A stretch of 64,000 nucleotides of DNA from Myxococcota bacterium (GCA_039030515.1 JBCCEA010000001.1:128001-192000), one strand, 5' to 3'; shown: positions 9,858 through 20,900, counted from the first letter of the stretch. Made by a program: numbers and translations. Notes: generated by a model from the sequence alone, not told the origin.

Positions 9858-10164
9858 CTGACTGCAGATGCCAGATCATCAAACTTATGTAGACACCGAA
9901 TGCCGTGACTGCACCCGCTTGCGCAATTGGAAGTCGTGAGTACCGCTCCATGATCAACACCCCAGCGGACACCATGGTCAACTTCGTGATCCCAAAGAGT
10001 CCTGGATGAATGTCCAGCATCACCGCCATGAGCGGGTTCGCCTCTTCGGCGAGATCCAACGTCACAAGACCTACGGTTAATGCCAAGTCGATAAGATTAA
10101 AGATCATGACTGCGCCGAGCACTCGGGTCACCCAGGACGGGCGGCGGAGTTCTAAGATGTCCAT
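9835..10164 (-). CDS. Small membrane protein, DUF5658-like
   Basis: NLIDLALT...EANPLM...K pattern with three hydrophobic helices. Confidence 0.75.
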   Translation of the reverse strand: MDILELRRPSWVTRVLGAVMIFNLIDLALTVGLVTLDLAEEANPLMAVMLDIHPGLFGITKLTMVSAGVLIMERYSRLPIAQAGAVTAFGVYISLMIWHLQSVAILFFA

Positions 10165-10254
10165 GCTTTACCTTTCGTGAAGTGCCTGAGCGTGTGTTCG
10201 GCCGAACGAAATTAGGTGTAGCAGAGGGGTACAAGAAATCACTTGTAGGCGATT

Positions 10255-11748
10255 TCAGCAGAGGGACTGCTCGGTAATCACTCGATGTTTTCTCTGAATT
10301 CGGTTTCCGGGAATCACGAGTAAACGCCGAGGCCGGTCTGCCGGTAGCGCGTCGAAAGCGTCTTTCCAGTGACGGAATCTGCCGCCTGCCCGTACCGCTC
10401 TTAGGACTGCCTCCCCCTCAGCGGCTCCTCCTTGAGCGAGAACGTACTCGATCCAAGCCCAGCGCGCGCTGGTAGCCCGAAGGTCTACGCAGCCTTTTAA
10501 GCCTTTTCGGAGTCGTTTGAGTCGGTCCTCCACCGTTTGAATTCCGGCGAAGGTGGCGCCGTCCAGCGGGGTATTGCGCTTGGCAACGAAAGGAGCGATG
10601 CCCATCGCGATGGGAACGATTCGAGACAGTTTCCTACCAAAATCGATCAGTTCGTCGATGTCTTCAGTGGTTTCGGTGGGAAGTCCGACCATCATATAGA
10701 TTTTCAGTTTTTCTAGTCCGTGCGCGCGGACGAGCTCGGCGGCGCGGGTCAGTTCGTTTTCGCGAGCTCTGCGCTGGATCATGGTGCGAAGCCTTTGGCT
10801 GGCCCCATCGCTAGCCGTGGTGAGCGAGCGGTTGCCGGCTTTTTTTAGCGCGGCTACGAGTGGATCGCTCAGCCGGTCTGCACGCAATGAGGAAAGGCTG
10901 ACCCTGCGGTTCTCCTCAGCCAGGCTTGCAACGATTTCGATGATCTTCGGATGATCGGTGACGGCTGCGCCCACCAATCCAACTTTGCGCGCGCTCTCTG
11001 GGATGAGCTCGAAGATGCGCTCAGGAGTCACCGTGCGCATGCCGCCATTCGTGCTCCGTCGCATCACGCAATAACTACATCCCCGATGGCAGCCTCTCTC
11101 AGGCTCGATCAGGAACATATTGGAGAGCTCCGTATTTGGAGTGCGAATACAGGAGTAGGCGGGGAGCGTGGAATCGTCTGCCCGACCGATGGGTGGCATT
11201 CGGTCCCCGTGTAGGCTGGGCACAAAGCAGCTGTCGATATGGTCGGCGAGGCTACGTAAAGCCTCTTCATATCCTCCACTATCGAACAAAATGTCGAGTG
11301 CTTCGTGGATCGTCTGATCGGCCTCGCCCATAAGTACCGCGTCTACAAATGGAGCAAGCGGAAGCGGGTTGGAAAATGTGAGAGGGCCTCCAGCGAGGAT
11401 AAAGGGGTGTCGGCCCGTTCGCTCGGAACGGAGCGCAGGAACTCCTGCTGCCTCCAGCGACTCCACCAGTCCAGCGATTTCAAGTTCGTAGGCTACGGAT
11501 ACCGCAATGATCGGATAGTCGCCCACCGCTCGTCTTCCCTCGTAGGTGAGCAGCGGCGACCCTGTTTTGTCTTCGGGCAGAAACGCACGATGCGCTGCAC
11601 GACCTGGGCTCTCGTTGATCTGTCGGTATATGGACTGATAACCGAGCGACGACATACCGACGTGATACGGGCTCGGGTAGAGCAAAGCGATCGACTCCGG
11701 GGCCTCCTTGAACAAGGTTCCTGTTTCGGCCTCGAGTCGTTTACTCAA
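10255..11748 (-). CDS. Radical SAM protein with N-terminal B12-binding-like domain
   Basis: RGCHRGCSYC (CxxxCxxC); YHVGMSSLG, AGGP..FSNP. Confidence 0.9.
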   Translation of the reverse strand: MSKRLEAETGTLFKEAPESIALLYPSPYHVGMSSLGYQSIYRQINESPGRAAHRAFLPEDKTGSPLLTYEGRRAVGDYPIIAVSVAYELEIAGLVESLEAAGVPALRSERTGRHPFILAGGPLTFSNPLPLAPFVDAVLMGEADQTIHEALDILFDSGGYEEALRSLADHIDSCFVPSLHGDRMPPIGRADDSTLPAYSCIRTPNTELSNMFLIEPERGCHRGCSYCVMRRSTNGGMRTVTPERIFELIPESARKVGLVGAAVTDHPKIIEIVASLAEENRRVSLSSLRADRLSDPLVAALKKAGNRSLTTASDGASQRLRTMIQRRARENELTRAAELVRAHGLEKLKIYMMVGLPTETTEDIDELIDFGRKLSRIVPIAMGIAPFVAKRNTPLDGATFAGIQTVEDRLKRLRKGLKGCVDLRATSARWAWIEYVLAQGGAAEGEAVLRAVRAGGRFRHWKDAFDALPADRPRRLLVIPGNRIQRKHRVITEQSLC

Positions 11749-11790
11749 CGATCGAAGCAGCGACGTCTTATTTGGGCGAGAGGAGATCGC

Positions 11791-12582
11791 TTAGCGTATG
11801 ACGTTTCCGAGTCTTTGCCAGCGGACACCGTCGTAGCCATTGGACCAGTAGGTCCAAAGAGCGCGTCCCTTGATTCGACGTAGCGGAATGGAACCGAGGG
11901 CTTCGCTGCGGCTGTCGTTGCTTGCGTCTCGATGATCCCCCAAGACAAACACGTTATCTGCCTCCACCGTGTGCGGACCGAGGACGCGAATAGGTTCGTC
12001 GCTCGGCTCTACCCCCCCGTAACGCCGGTGTTTGAACGAGTTGCTTGTCAGATGAGGGCGTCCATCGAGGGTCTCTCGGATCGTCTGGCAGGTGCAGGCC
12101 CCCTCGTCGCTTGGAAACATCCCGGGCTTCTGAGACTGCGCGCAGGCACCTATCGTCTCGGTTGCGAGCTCCTCACCGTTCCGAAACACCCGATCGTAGG
12201 TGCTGAGGGATCCATTGCCGCAATCGAAGAGCATCGTCTTCACCTCGATCGTATCTCCCGGAGTGCCGATCACCCTTTTGACGATGTCCACGCCTTCCTG
12301 ACCTCGCTCTGGACTCCGTAGGATAACGATATCCCCTGGATTGGGGGTTCCCCAGTTCAATACCGCATCGTCCATAAAGGGCAGGAACAAGCCGTACATG
12401 AACTTGGCGACCACCACCCGATCTCCATCGAGTAGGGTCGGCTCCATCGAGGGACCCTCTATTTCAAACGCTTCGAACAGCATGATGCGAATAGAGATCG
12501 CGAGAAGCACGGCACCGCCGATCGTACGTATATTTGCGAAGATGCGCTCCCAACGGCTTTCTCGAGGCTGCGTAGCACTCAT
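11791..12582 (-). CDS. lepB: Signal peptidase I
   Basis: SMEPTL, VKRVIGTPGD, GDHRDASNDSR boxes. Confidence 0.95.
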   Translation of the reverse strand: MSATQPRESRWERIFANIRTIGGAVLLAISIRIMLFEAFEIEGPSMEPTLLDGDRVVVAKFMYGLFLPFMDDAVLNWGTPNPGDIVILRSPERGQEGVDIVKRVIGTPGDTIEVKTMLFDCGNGSLSTYDRVFRNGEELATETIGACAQSQKPGMFPSDEGACTCQTIRETLDGRPHLTSNSFKHRRYGGVEPSDEPIRVLGPHTVEADNVFVLGDHRDASNDSRSEALGSIPLRRIKGRALWTYWSNGYDGVRWQRLGNVIR

Positions 12583-13160
12583 CCGTGCACCGTCGGGCCT
12601 AGAGGTAGTTCGGCGCAGATCGCAGCTTCTCGCTCGACTAGCGTACGAAATCGCAGCTCCGCATCGCGGCCGAAGGAGTGCTCGGCAAGGTCTCGGAACA
12701 ATCGGTAGTGACGGGCTTCGCTGATCATGAGGTCTCGGTAGAAATCGCGTAGTTCTGAGCTCTTAAGTCCCTTGCTGAGGTGATGAAACCGTTCGCACGA
12801 GCGCGCCTCGACCAGTGCAGAGACGAGGAGTCGATCGAGCAGCATCGGGACTTCAGGATGTTCCGGACGCGCGGCATCGTGCAGCGCCTTAACATACATG
12901 TCGACGCGAGGGGGACCCAATGTCTCACCACCCGAGCTGATTCGCCGTTGCACCGCTTCGAAATGAGTAGACTCCTCGCGTGCGAGCGCGCACAGCGGCT
13001 CCACCAGATGAGGGTAGTCGCCACCGAATCGAGCCACCAGGCTGAGCGCGCTTTGCGCGGCCTTCAGCTCACAGTGGGCGTGGTCGACCAAAAGGATGTG
13101 CAGTTGGGATTCAACGCATTCGACCCATTTGGGGTCAGTCGGTCTCAATAGACGCAGCAT
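12579..13160 (-). CDS. miaE: tRNA-(ms2io6A37) hydroxylase
   Basis: DHAHCELKAA, EESTHF, EARSCERF, EARHY di-iron ligands. Confidence 0.93.
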   Translation of the reverse strand: MLRLLRPTDPKWVECVESQLHILLVDHAHCELKAAQSALSLVARFGGDYPHLVEPLCALAREESTHFEAVQRRISSGGETLGPPRVDMYVKALHDAARPEHPEVPMLLDRLLVSALVEARSCERFHHLSKGLKSSELRDFYRDLMISEARHYRLFRDLAEHSFGRDAELRFRTLVEREAAICAELPLGPTVHG

Positions 13161-13374
13161 GGTTCGGCTTTCATATTCGCTGTCACTGCGAGATCACTGT
13201 CTTTGTGACGTGCCTGAACAGCCGTCCTCCCAGCAGGCCTGAATCGTCGCTATGGGCGATCGCGCTGTTGTCGAGCGTCATGCCTTGCGACGAACCCTGC
13301 GAGCGGCTAGCCCGCAAACAACCCGCCGAAACTAGTCTCGGTGCGGTAATCGGTCAAGCCATGGAAAAAGTTCG

Positions 13375-14061
13375 ATGAAGGTGCTCGCTTTGGATACTTC
13401 CGGCCCCTTGGGTACGGTTGCCGTGTGTGCGGACGGCGAGCTGCTGTGCGAGGTTTCCGCAAGGGTTCGGGCGCGTCACGGCGAAACGCTGATGCCTCAC
13501 GTCGACTACGCGCTCAAGTCTGCTGGCGTCTCCACGGACGAGATCGATCTCGTCGGATGCGGATTGGGACCAGGTTCCTTTACCGGGCTTCGAGTCGGGG
13601 TGGCTACCGCGAAGGGATTTGCCTATGCGCTTTCTTGTCCCATCGTAGGAGTGTCCAGTTCGATGGCTTTGTGCGAGGACATTGGCACTGCTGCGACAGC
13701 GCGAATCGCGACCATCATCGATGCGCACCGGTCAGAAGTTTTTGCGAACGTCTATCGATTGGATACGGATCGACGATGGGTCACCGAAGACGCACCACAC
13801 CCGGCTTCCATGGAGGCCACGCTAGAACAGCTTGAGGCGATCGAAGGTCCTCTGGTTCTGACGGGTAGCGGCGTCCGGGCGCATGAACGCGCTTTTCTCG
13901 AGCTTCAGCAGCGAAGGGGGGCTGAGCTCTACCTTGCTCCAGTTTCTTGCGATACGCCTCGAGCTTCCAGCGTGGCACGACTCGCGGTCGCCGAGTGGCA
14001 CCGCCGCGGCCCCGCAGACCTACACCAGCTTGAACCGATCTACGGTCGCTCTAGTTTCTGA
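13375..14061 (+). CDS. tsaB: tRNA threonylcarbamoyladenosine biosynthesis protein TsaB
   Basis: MKVLALDTS, GPGSFTGLRVG, IDAHRSEV, LEPIY. Confidence 0.93.
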   Translation: MKVLALDTSGPLGTVAVCADGELLCEVSARVRARHGETLMPHVDYALKSAGVSTDEIDLVGCGLGPGSFTGLRVGVATAKGFAYALSCPIVGVSSSMALCEDIGTAATARIATIIDAHRSEVFANVYRLDTDRRWVTEDAPHPASMEATLEQLEAIEGPLVLTGSGVRAHERAFLELQQRRGAELYLAPVSCDTPRASSVARLAVAEWHRRGPADLHQLEPIYGRSSF

Positions 14062-14152
14062 AGAGACGGCGCACGTTTATTCGATCGGTTTGCGTTGCTC
14101 TTTGAAGGCGACCGCTCTTGAGAGGTGTCCGTTTGTTACCCTCAGTTTTGAA

Positions 14153-15178
14153 TCATATCGGATTTGTCAAACGCGCCTCGTACACCCGTACGTGCCTTAT
14201 GCCTTGAAGTGCGTCTCGTGACGACATGAGCGATTTGCACAACTGCCAAAGAAAGAAAGTGGAGCCGCAGCCGTATAGAAAACACAGAAAAGGAGTGGTT
14301 CCCATTGCCCACACTTGATGCGTGGGCGGATAGGGTCTACAGACGGCCTCTTCGTTAAAGAAACTGCTCTGCATATGCAATTTGGTGCTGCTATCAATGA
14401 AATTGCTATCGACATGTAATTTGAAAGCAAATAGATTGAAGCCTAGAGCCAGAAAGATCACGTAAAACACATCGGCGTAGCTCGGTCTTGGACGTTCGCC
14501 ATGCCGTACCGGCGCCACGTGGCTCAGTAAACGACACAGGTGCCAGTAGAGCTGACCGATAGAATCGGTGGGTACAGGTAGTTGTTCAGGACGGTACTTG
14601 CAACTCACCAACACGGCATGATTAGGCTCAAGAGCCTCTAGATTCACACCGGCCATCCAGGGGCAGCTTGTAGTTAGTTCACCGTTGGCCGCAAGGATTT
14701 GATTGAGAGTTTCAAGGGGTACGTAGACGGGGTTGCGACACAGAGGACACGGGAGATGGCCTTGTTGAAACCTCTCGCGTGCTCCTCGGGCGTTGGCCTG
14801 TCCAGCCGAGTACACGAGATACTCGCGAATGCACTTCGTGCAGGCCACTATGTGGAATATCGAGTCGCCTGAACCTGGGCTCGGAACACGGTGGGCGACA
14901 TAAGCGTGCGAAGGCACGGGGAATCTATCTCCCGGTGTCGCGGCCGCCCCAATCTCTTGTGAACAGATGTTGCAGACGGGCCGTGTGTCGTCCCAATAGC
15001 TGTGTTCGCCTCGTCCCACCGGTACGCATTGAATCTGGAGCGCTCCTGCCTCCGCCGCGCGAAGAAAGCGCCTCCACTCTCGCCACAGGGCCGTACTTGC
15101 GTTTGGGTTGCGGTTCGGACCGATCGCTGACGGGACCACTATGGCGAGGCAATGCGCCCGGGATTCGGCAGTCGGCAT
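14153..15178 (-). CDS. Hypothetical protein with RING-finger-like Cys/His pattern and two C-terminal hydrophobic segments
   Basis: CNIC...H...HIVACTKC...CPLCR; 341-aa ORF in a visibly AT-richer stretch. Confidence 0.55.
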   Translation of the reverse strand: MPTAESRAHCLAIVVPSAIGPNRNPNASTALWREWRRFLRAAEAGALQIQCVPVGRGEHSYWDDTRPVCNICSQEIGAAATPGDRFPVPSHAYVAHRVPSPGSGDSIFHIVACTKCIREYLVYSAGQANARGARERFQQGHLPCPLCRNPVYVPLETLNQILAANGELTTSCPWMAGVNLEALEPNHAVLVSCKYRPEQLPVPTDSIGQLYWHLCRLLSHVAPVRHGERPRPSYADVFYVIFLALGFNLFAFKLHVDSNFIDSSTKLHMQSSFFNEEAVCRPYPPTHQVWAMGTTPFLCFLYGCGSTFFLWQLCKSLMSSRDALQGIRHVRVYEARLTNPI

Positions 15179-15244
15179 TCAGACGGATGTTCTTCGTGAG
15201 CCGTAAGCTCGTTTCGCGCCGTATGCTCGTTGCATCACAGAAGC

Positions 15245-16759
15245 CTAGTCTACCAGCAGCTTAGATGCGCTTTCCGCCGGTTTCGTTTCGCTCTGTCGAT
15301 AGAGCTGATCGTAGCGTCGTGCGCTGCGGTCCCAGCAGTGATCGAGACGCATGACGCGCTTTCGCAGTGCTTGGAACGCTTTGGTGTTGAGGAACGCCGC
15401 GGTTGCCCTTTGGATCGCGCCAGTAAGGGCTTTTGCGTCATCGGCTTCGTAGATGAAGCCCGTGCCAGACTGCAGATGCGGATCGCAATCCACCACGCTG
15501 TCCGACGGGATGTTCCGTATCGAAATCACCGGCGGGGCGCCGTAGCGCTGCGCGCGCATCGGATCGGCAACCGAGCGCGGATCTGTCGTGACCACCGAGT
15601 CTGCCGCGCCGAACAGTCGATGCACTTTGGAAGGGGACGGTTCTACGAGACGGAGCCGGTCTGAAAAACGATCGCAGAGTTGTTTGATCGTCGTTTTTGC
15701 ATCCGTTTTTTCGTCGCTATCTAGGTTCTCTTTTGGCTCCTCGACGCATAGTGCGATCTGGATGTCGTTGCGAAGCAGCACCGGCAGCGCCTCGGCCCAG
15801 AGCGCCTCGTCTTTTCTGCCGCGAGTGAGTCGGCTCATGAAGAGCGGTACCTCATCCCGAATCGGGAACTCCAAAGAACGCTGCAGTTCCGCTTTACATC
15901 GAGTCTTCCCGGTCAGGTCGATGGGATCGTAACGGGAGGGTAGCTCCGGGTCTGAAGCCGGGTTCCAGACTGCCGTGTCGACCCCGTCGACAATGCCGCT
16001 GAGTTTGTGGCCGAGCTTGCTGAAGTGATCGGCCGCCGGGCCTCGCTGCGCCGCCAGCATCGCTCTTGCGGGAGACTGAAAGACCACGTGCGCCGCCAGC
16101 GGCAGACCCGTCAGGGTGGGGTAGAGTGTTCCCTCGACGGCGCAGCGCTCGGACTCCTCCGCGGTCAGCCCCAAGAGCGCCGAAAGGTTCGTATCCATGC
16201 TGGGCGCCATGCTGCGCAGCGAGAGGACCGCCCTAGCGTTTCCCTCGGTCGTGTCGCCGGACCCATGCAACGCGCCGGACCCATGCAACGCGCCGGACCC
16301 ATGCAACGCGCCGGACCCATGCAAAAAGCGTAGCGTCAGGCTGCCGATGCAACCGTAGAGCTGAAGCGTTTTGGGTTTCCGAACACGGATCAGCTCGGCG
16401 GCGGCATGGGCAAATACCCCCAATCGAGTGGCGTGTGCCTCCGCGTCACCGGAGTCTAGTGCGTCTGCAGCCGAGAACAGCGATTCATGGCCGATGAAGG
16501 TCAGGTCCACCCCCCCTGCGGTCCGGCCGTCGTATACTTCGCATCCGTACTCGGTGTCTGCGAGGGTGCACTTCAGCTTGGTCAATCGACGTGCCAGAGC
16601 CAGTCGCGCAGGGTCCACAGAGCAAAGCAGAGGCGAAACTACGGTGACTTTTCTATCGAGACCGCGCAGCGCTTTGGCGAGGGCAGCGACCGCTTCTGCA
16701 GTTTCATCACAGCCGCTAAAGGGCGCCAGGTTAGGGGCGACGACCAACACATCTATCAC
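15245..16759 (-). CDS. Glycogen/starch synthase-like (GT5) protein with degenerate catalytic motifs
   Basis: LAKALRGL, GIVDGVDTAVWNPASD, AQRYGAPPV, MRLDHCWDRSARRYDQLY; KTGG motif absent; GTG at 16759 chosen as start (ORF extends to 16783). Confidence 0.8.
   Translation of the reverse strand: MIDVLVVAPNLAPFSGCDETAEAVAALAKALRGLDRKVTVVSPLLCSVDPARLALARRLTKLKCTLADTEYGCEVYDGRTAGGVDLTFIGHESLFSAADALDSGDAEAHATRLGVFAHAAAELIRVRKPKTLQLYGCIGSLTLRFLHGSGALHGSGALHGSGALHGSGDTTEGNARAVLSLRSMAPSMDTNLSALLGLTAEESERCAVEGTLYPTLTGLPLAAHVVFQSPARAMLAAQRGPAADHFSKLGHKLSGIVDGVDTAVWNPASDPELPSRYDPIDLTGKTRCKAELQRSLEFPIRDEVPLFMSRLTRGRKDEALWAEALPVLLRNDIQIALCVEEPKENLDSDEKTDAKTTIKQLCDRFSDRLRLVEPSPSKVHRLFGAADSVVTTDPRSVADPMRAQRYGAPPVISIRNIPSDSVVDCDPHLQSGTGFIYEADDAKALTGAIQRATAAFLNTKAFQALRKRVMRLDHCWDRSARRYDQLYRQSETKPAESASKLLVD
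16255..16324. repeat. In-frame 18-bp tandem repeat (about 3.9 copies) encoding LHGSGA
   Basis: CGCCGGACCCATGCAACG x3 plus a 16-nt partial copy. Confidence 0.95.
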
Positions 16760-16865
16760 GCGGCGACCATAGCCCCATCCCACGACTCTGGCGAGTACCG
16801 CTTGCGCATCGGATTGGTTCGGCGTTGCGATGGCCGGAACCGGATGCGGAGACTATGTACGGCTC

Positions 16866-17765
16866 ATGACGCAAACGTTCGCAGTCAGTGGTGCTTCGGG
16901 GCTTGTGGGCTCCGCCTTGGTGGCAAATCTTGAGCAAAAGGGATACGTCGTCCGGCGGCTTGTGCGGCAGGGGGCCAGTTCCGAGGCTCAAATTGCCTAC
17001 GCACCTTCTAGGGGCACGATCGATGTCGACGCGTTCGCCGGAGTGGACGTAGTCATCCATTTGGCGGGAGCGGGGATTGCCGACCGCCGCTGGTCGAACT
17101 CGTACAAGGACCAAATCCGTTCAAGTCGCGTCGATTCCACCCGGCTTATCGCGCGGGCGATGACCTCCTGTTCGGGAGGACCGCAGACCCTCGTTTCGGC
17201 TTCTGCCATCGGATTCTACGGGCCTTGCGGTGACGAGATGGTCGATGAAGAACGCGCGGCCGGCTCGGGTTTCTTGGCAGACGTATGTAGAGCATGGGAA
17301 GCGGAGACGGAAGCGGTTTCCGCCGGGGGAGGGCGCGTGGTTCGAGCCCGCATCGGGATCGTGCTTTCTCCAGCCGGTGGGGCTTTGCGGCGTATGCTAC
17401 CCGCATTCAAGTTCGGGGTAGGTGGCCGATTGGGTGACGGCCGCCAGTACATGAGCTGGATTACGCTGCAGGACACCGTACGGGCGCTTGTGCATCTGGC
17501 GACTCACGCGGAGTGTTCCGGCCCGGTGAATGTGGTGGCCCCAAACCCCGTGACCAATCAAGAGTTTACCTCGACCCTTGGACGCGTCCTCGGGCGACCT
17601 GCGGTGATGAACGTACCGTCAGCGGCGCTCAATTTGATGTTTGGTGAAATGGCTAGGCCGCTGCTGCTGCAGGGAAACCGGGTCTGCCCAAAGCGGCTGC
17701 AGGAACTCGGATTCGATTGGCACCACCAGGAACTGGAGCCTGCGCTTCGCTCGCTAGGTATCTAA
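16866..17765 (+). CDS. TIGR01777/YfcH-like NAD-dependent epimerase
   Basis: SGASGLVG, SASAIGFYG, GDGRQYMSWI, NPVTNQEF. Confidence 0.92.
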   Translation: MTQTFAVSGASGLVGSALVANLEQKGYVVRRLVRQGASSEAQIAYAPSRGTIDVDAFAGVDVVIHLAGAGIADRRWSNSYKDQIRSSRVDSTRLIARAMTSCSGGPQTLVSASAIGFYGPCGDEMVDEERAAGSGFLADVCRAWEAETEAVSAGGGRVVRARIGIVLSPAGGALRRMLPAFKFGVGGRLGDGRQYMSWITLQDTVRALVHLATHAECSGPVNVVAPNPVTNQEFTSTLGRVLGRPAVMNVPSAALNLMFGEMARPLLLQGNRVCPKRLQELGFDWHHQELEPALRSLGI

Positions 17766-17857
17766 GTTCGCCAGGTATCTAAGTTCGCTAGGTATCTAAG
17801 TTCGCTAGGTATCTAAGTTCGCTAGGTATCTAAGTTCGCTAGGTATCTAAGTTCGCT
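17751..17857. repeat. 17-bp tandem repeat, six copies plus 5 nt (VNTR)
   Basis: TCGCTAGGTATCTAAGT x6 (copy 2 has one T>C change); first copy holds the epimerase stop codon; no spacers. Confidence 0.97.
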
Positions 17858-17932
17858 TGAATATCCACTCGCGCGCGGCTCGCGGCGCCCTCAGACTGAG
17901 CAGCCGCTGTAGAGCTTCAAGCGAGGGATGAT

Positions 17933-20900
17933 TCAGGACCCCACAAACACTCGGGCATTTTCAAAGAGACGCAGCCAAGGTGATGCACTTGTCGCCTCGA
18001 CTTGCCCATCGCGAGTTACATCGAGTTGGGATTCACCCTCGGACGCACTCGAGCGCCAGGAGTTTTGAAACTCGAGGAACACCCGCTCTGGATGAGGCAT
18101 CATCACGGTGACCCTGCCGTCCGGCGTGCTCCATGCCGTGATTCCCCCCGGGCTGCCGTTTGGGTTGCAGGGGTAGCGCTCGGTGGGGCTGCCGTCGTCG
18201 TCGATATAGCGAGCGGCTATCAGACCTCGATTTTGAAAACGCATCCGGTCTGCATCGCCACCAAAGTGCACTCTGCCCTCACCATGAGCGACGGCGACCG
18301 GTAGACAGGCGTCTTCCATGCTCTGCAGCAAAACGGAGGGGCTTTTCGAGATGCGCACCATGCTTGTCCGACCTTCAAAGCGTCCCGATCGGTTGGGCTT
18401 TAGACTCGGCCAGTCCTCTGCCCCCTCGATCAGTGTCTTGAGCCCGGCGAGCATTTGGCATCCGTTGCATACCCCAAGGGTGAAGGTGGTTTTGCGCTTG
18501 AAGAACGATTCAAACGTACGCCGCGCCTCTGCGTGAAACAGGATCGATTTCGCCCAGCCGAGTCCTGCACCGAGCACATCGCCGTAAGAAAATCCGCCGC
18601 AGGCAGCGATTCCCTCGAAATCATTGAGGCTTCTTCCGCTGAGGATTTCGGTCATATGCACATCCACCGACTCAAATCCGGCCCGATCGAAGGCGGCCGC
18701 CATCTCGATATGGCCGTTGACCCCCTGCTCCCGGAGGATCGCAACCCGTGGGCGTTTGCCGCGGTGCACTGAAGGAGCCGTGATCTCGCGTTCGAAGCGG
18801 GCATCGACAAAGAGGCCACGTCGATCGAAGTCGCAACGGTAGCTTTGCTCTTCGCGGGCGCAGCGAGGTTCGTCCCGAATCGACTGAATCTGAAAAGACG
18901 TGTCGGACCAAAGTGAACGCAGTTCCTCAAGAGAAGCTGAGTACAGCGTCTGCGCCCCGCGGGCGACGACGAACTGGCGATCGGATCGGACGCGTCCCAC
19001 CCGGCAGGCCGCATGTTCGACGCCGTGTTTGTTCAGGATGACGCCAGCTGCAGCTTCATCAGCGATCTGTGCCAGGGCCCCCAGCTCCTCGCTGAAAAGT
19101 GGGGCGAGGGTCGTCTCCGCGAGCTGGTCCATCTCGATCGTGACTCCGGTAGCTCCCGCAAACGCCATTTCCAAGGCTGCAACGATCATCCCGCCATCAG
19201 AACGGTCGTGGTAGGCCAAGATGAGGCCCTGCTCCTGCAGCTCTCGAATGCACTGAAGCGTGCGACGAAGCAGGTCTGGGGAGTCGATGTCGGGTGCAGC
19301 AGCCCCAACTTCACCGAATACCTGGGCCAGCGCGCTACCTCCGAGTCGGTTTTTTTGCGCGCCCAAGTCGAACAGCCATAGCGCTGTTTCGGGAGTCTCG
19401 GTGTTGAGTTCAGGCGTCGTCACGCGGCGGATGTCGGTCACCGGCGCAAACGCTGTGACGACAAGCGAAAGTGGCGCGACCACGCTTCGGGTATGGCCCT
19501 GCTCCTGCCAAACCGTGCGCATCGACATTGAGTCTTTGCCCACCGGTATCGCGATGTGTAGTTCCGGGCACAGCTCCATTCCGATCGCCTTAACTGCGTC
19601 GTAAAGGCGCGCATTTTCTCCCGGGTGACCCGAGGCGGCCATCCAGTTGGCGCTGAGACGGATATCGGAGATCGAACGCACAGGTGCGGCCCAGAGATTG
19701 AGCAGCGCTTCGCCGACCGCCATCCGTGCAGAGGCCGGTGCGTCGACAAGGGCGATCGGTGGACGCTCCCCTATCGCCATCGCCTCGCCGTGAAGGTCGC
19801 TGAAGGATGCGGCGGTGACGGCGACATCGGCGACTGGAACCTGCATTCTGCCCACCATGGGACCGCGCACGGTGAGGCCACCCACGCTTCGGTCGCAGAT
19901 CGTCACCAGGAACGACTTATCCGCCACCGTAGGCAAAAGCAGCACGCGCCTTAGGGCTTCCGCCAAATCCAGCCGTTCCGCATCGAATGGTTTGGCGCTC
20001 GAGCGAATTCGGCGATCTTCTATACGGAGCTTGGGCGGATTTCCAAAAACCACCGACAGGGGCAAGTCGACCGGCAACTCGGACTCAGCATCGCCTTCCA
20101 GTCGCAATGTTTCGGTTCGAGTGGCGCGGCCAACCACCGCATAGGGAGCTCGCTCGCGGCGACAGATCGCATCAAAGGTGGCAAGCCCGCGTTCCGCAAT
20201 GGCCAAAACGTAGCGTTCTTGGGCTTCGTTGCACCAAAGCTCGAGAGCGTTCATCGAGAAATCAGCGTTTGGGATAGACTTCAACCGTATCTCAGCGCCT
20301 CTTCCCGCGTCGTGCACCAGCTCCGGCAGAGCGTTGGAAAGGCCTCCCGCCCCGACGTCGTGAATCGAAGCGATAGGGGACGCCTCACCGAGTGCCGCGC
20401 ATCGGTCGATCACCTCCTGGCACCGCCGCTGCATCTCTGGGTTTCCCCGCTGGACCGAGGCGAAGTCCAATTCTGCAGTCAAGCTTCCGGAGGCGACTGA
20501 CGAAGCGGATCCTCCCCCAAGCCCAATCCGCATGGCCGGGCCTCCAAGTACGACCACCAGCGTTTCGGGTTCGAAGATCGCCTTTTTTGCACAGGGTTCG
20601 CGGATGGTTCCGAGGCCCCCCGCGATCATGACCGGCTTGTGGTAGCCCCTTCGCTGAACACGTTCTTGTTCCTGCACATTCAGTTCAAACGTGCGAAAAA
20701 ATCCAGTGAGGCTGGGCCGGCCAAACTCGTTGTTGAAGTCCGCAGCGCCAAGGGGTGCGCTCAGCATGATTTCAAGTGCGCTGGCGATGCGGTCAGGAGC
20801 GCCGTAGCGGGACTCCCAGGGTCTTTGCGCGCCCGGGAGATCGAGGTTTGAAACCATAAATCCGGTGAGTCCGGCCTTCGGCTTGCCGCCCCTGCCCGTG

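Noticed and set aside
17751..17857. Possible CRISPR array
   Set aside because: Units are contiguous 17-mers with no spacers, and no cas genes are nearby
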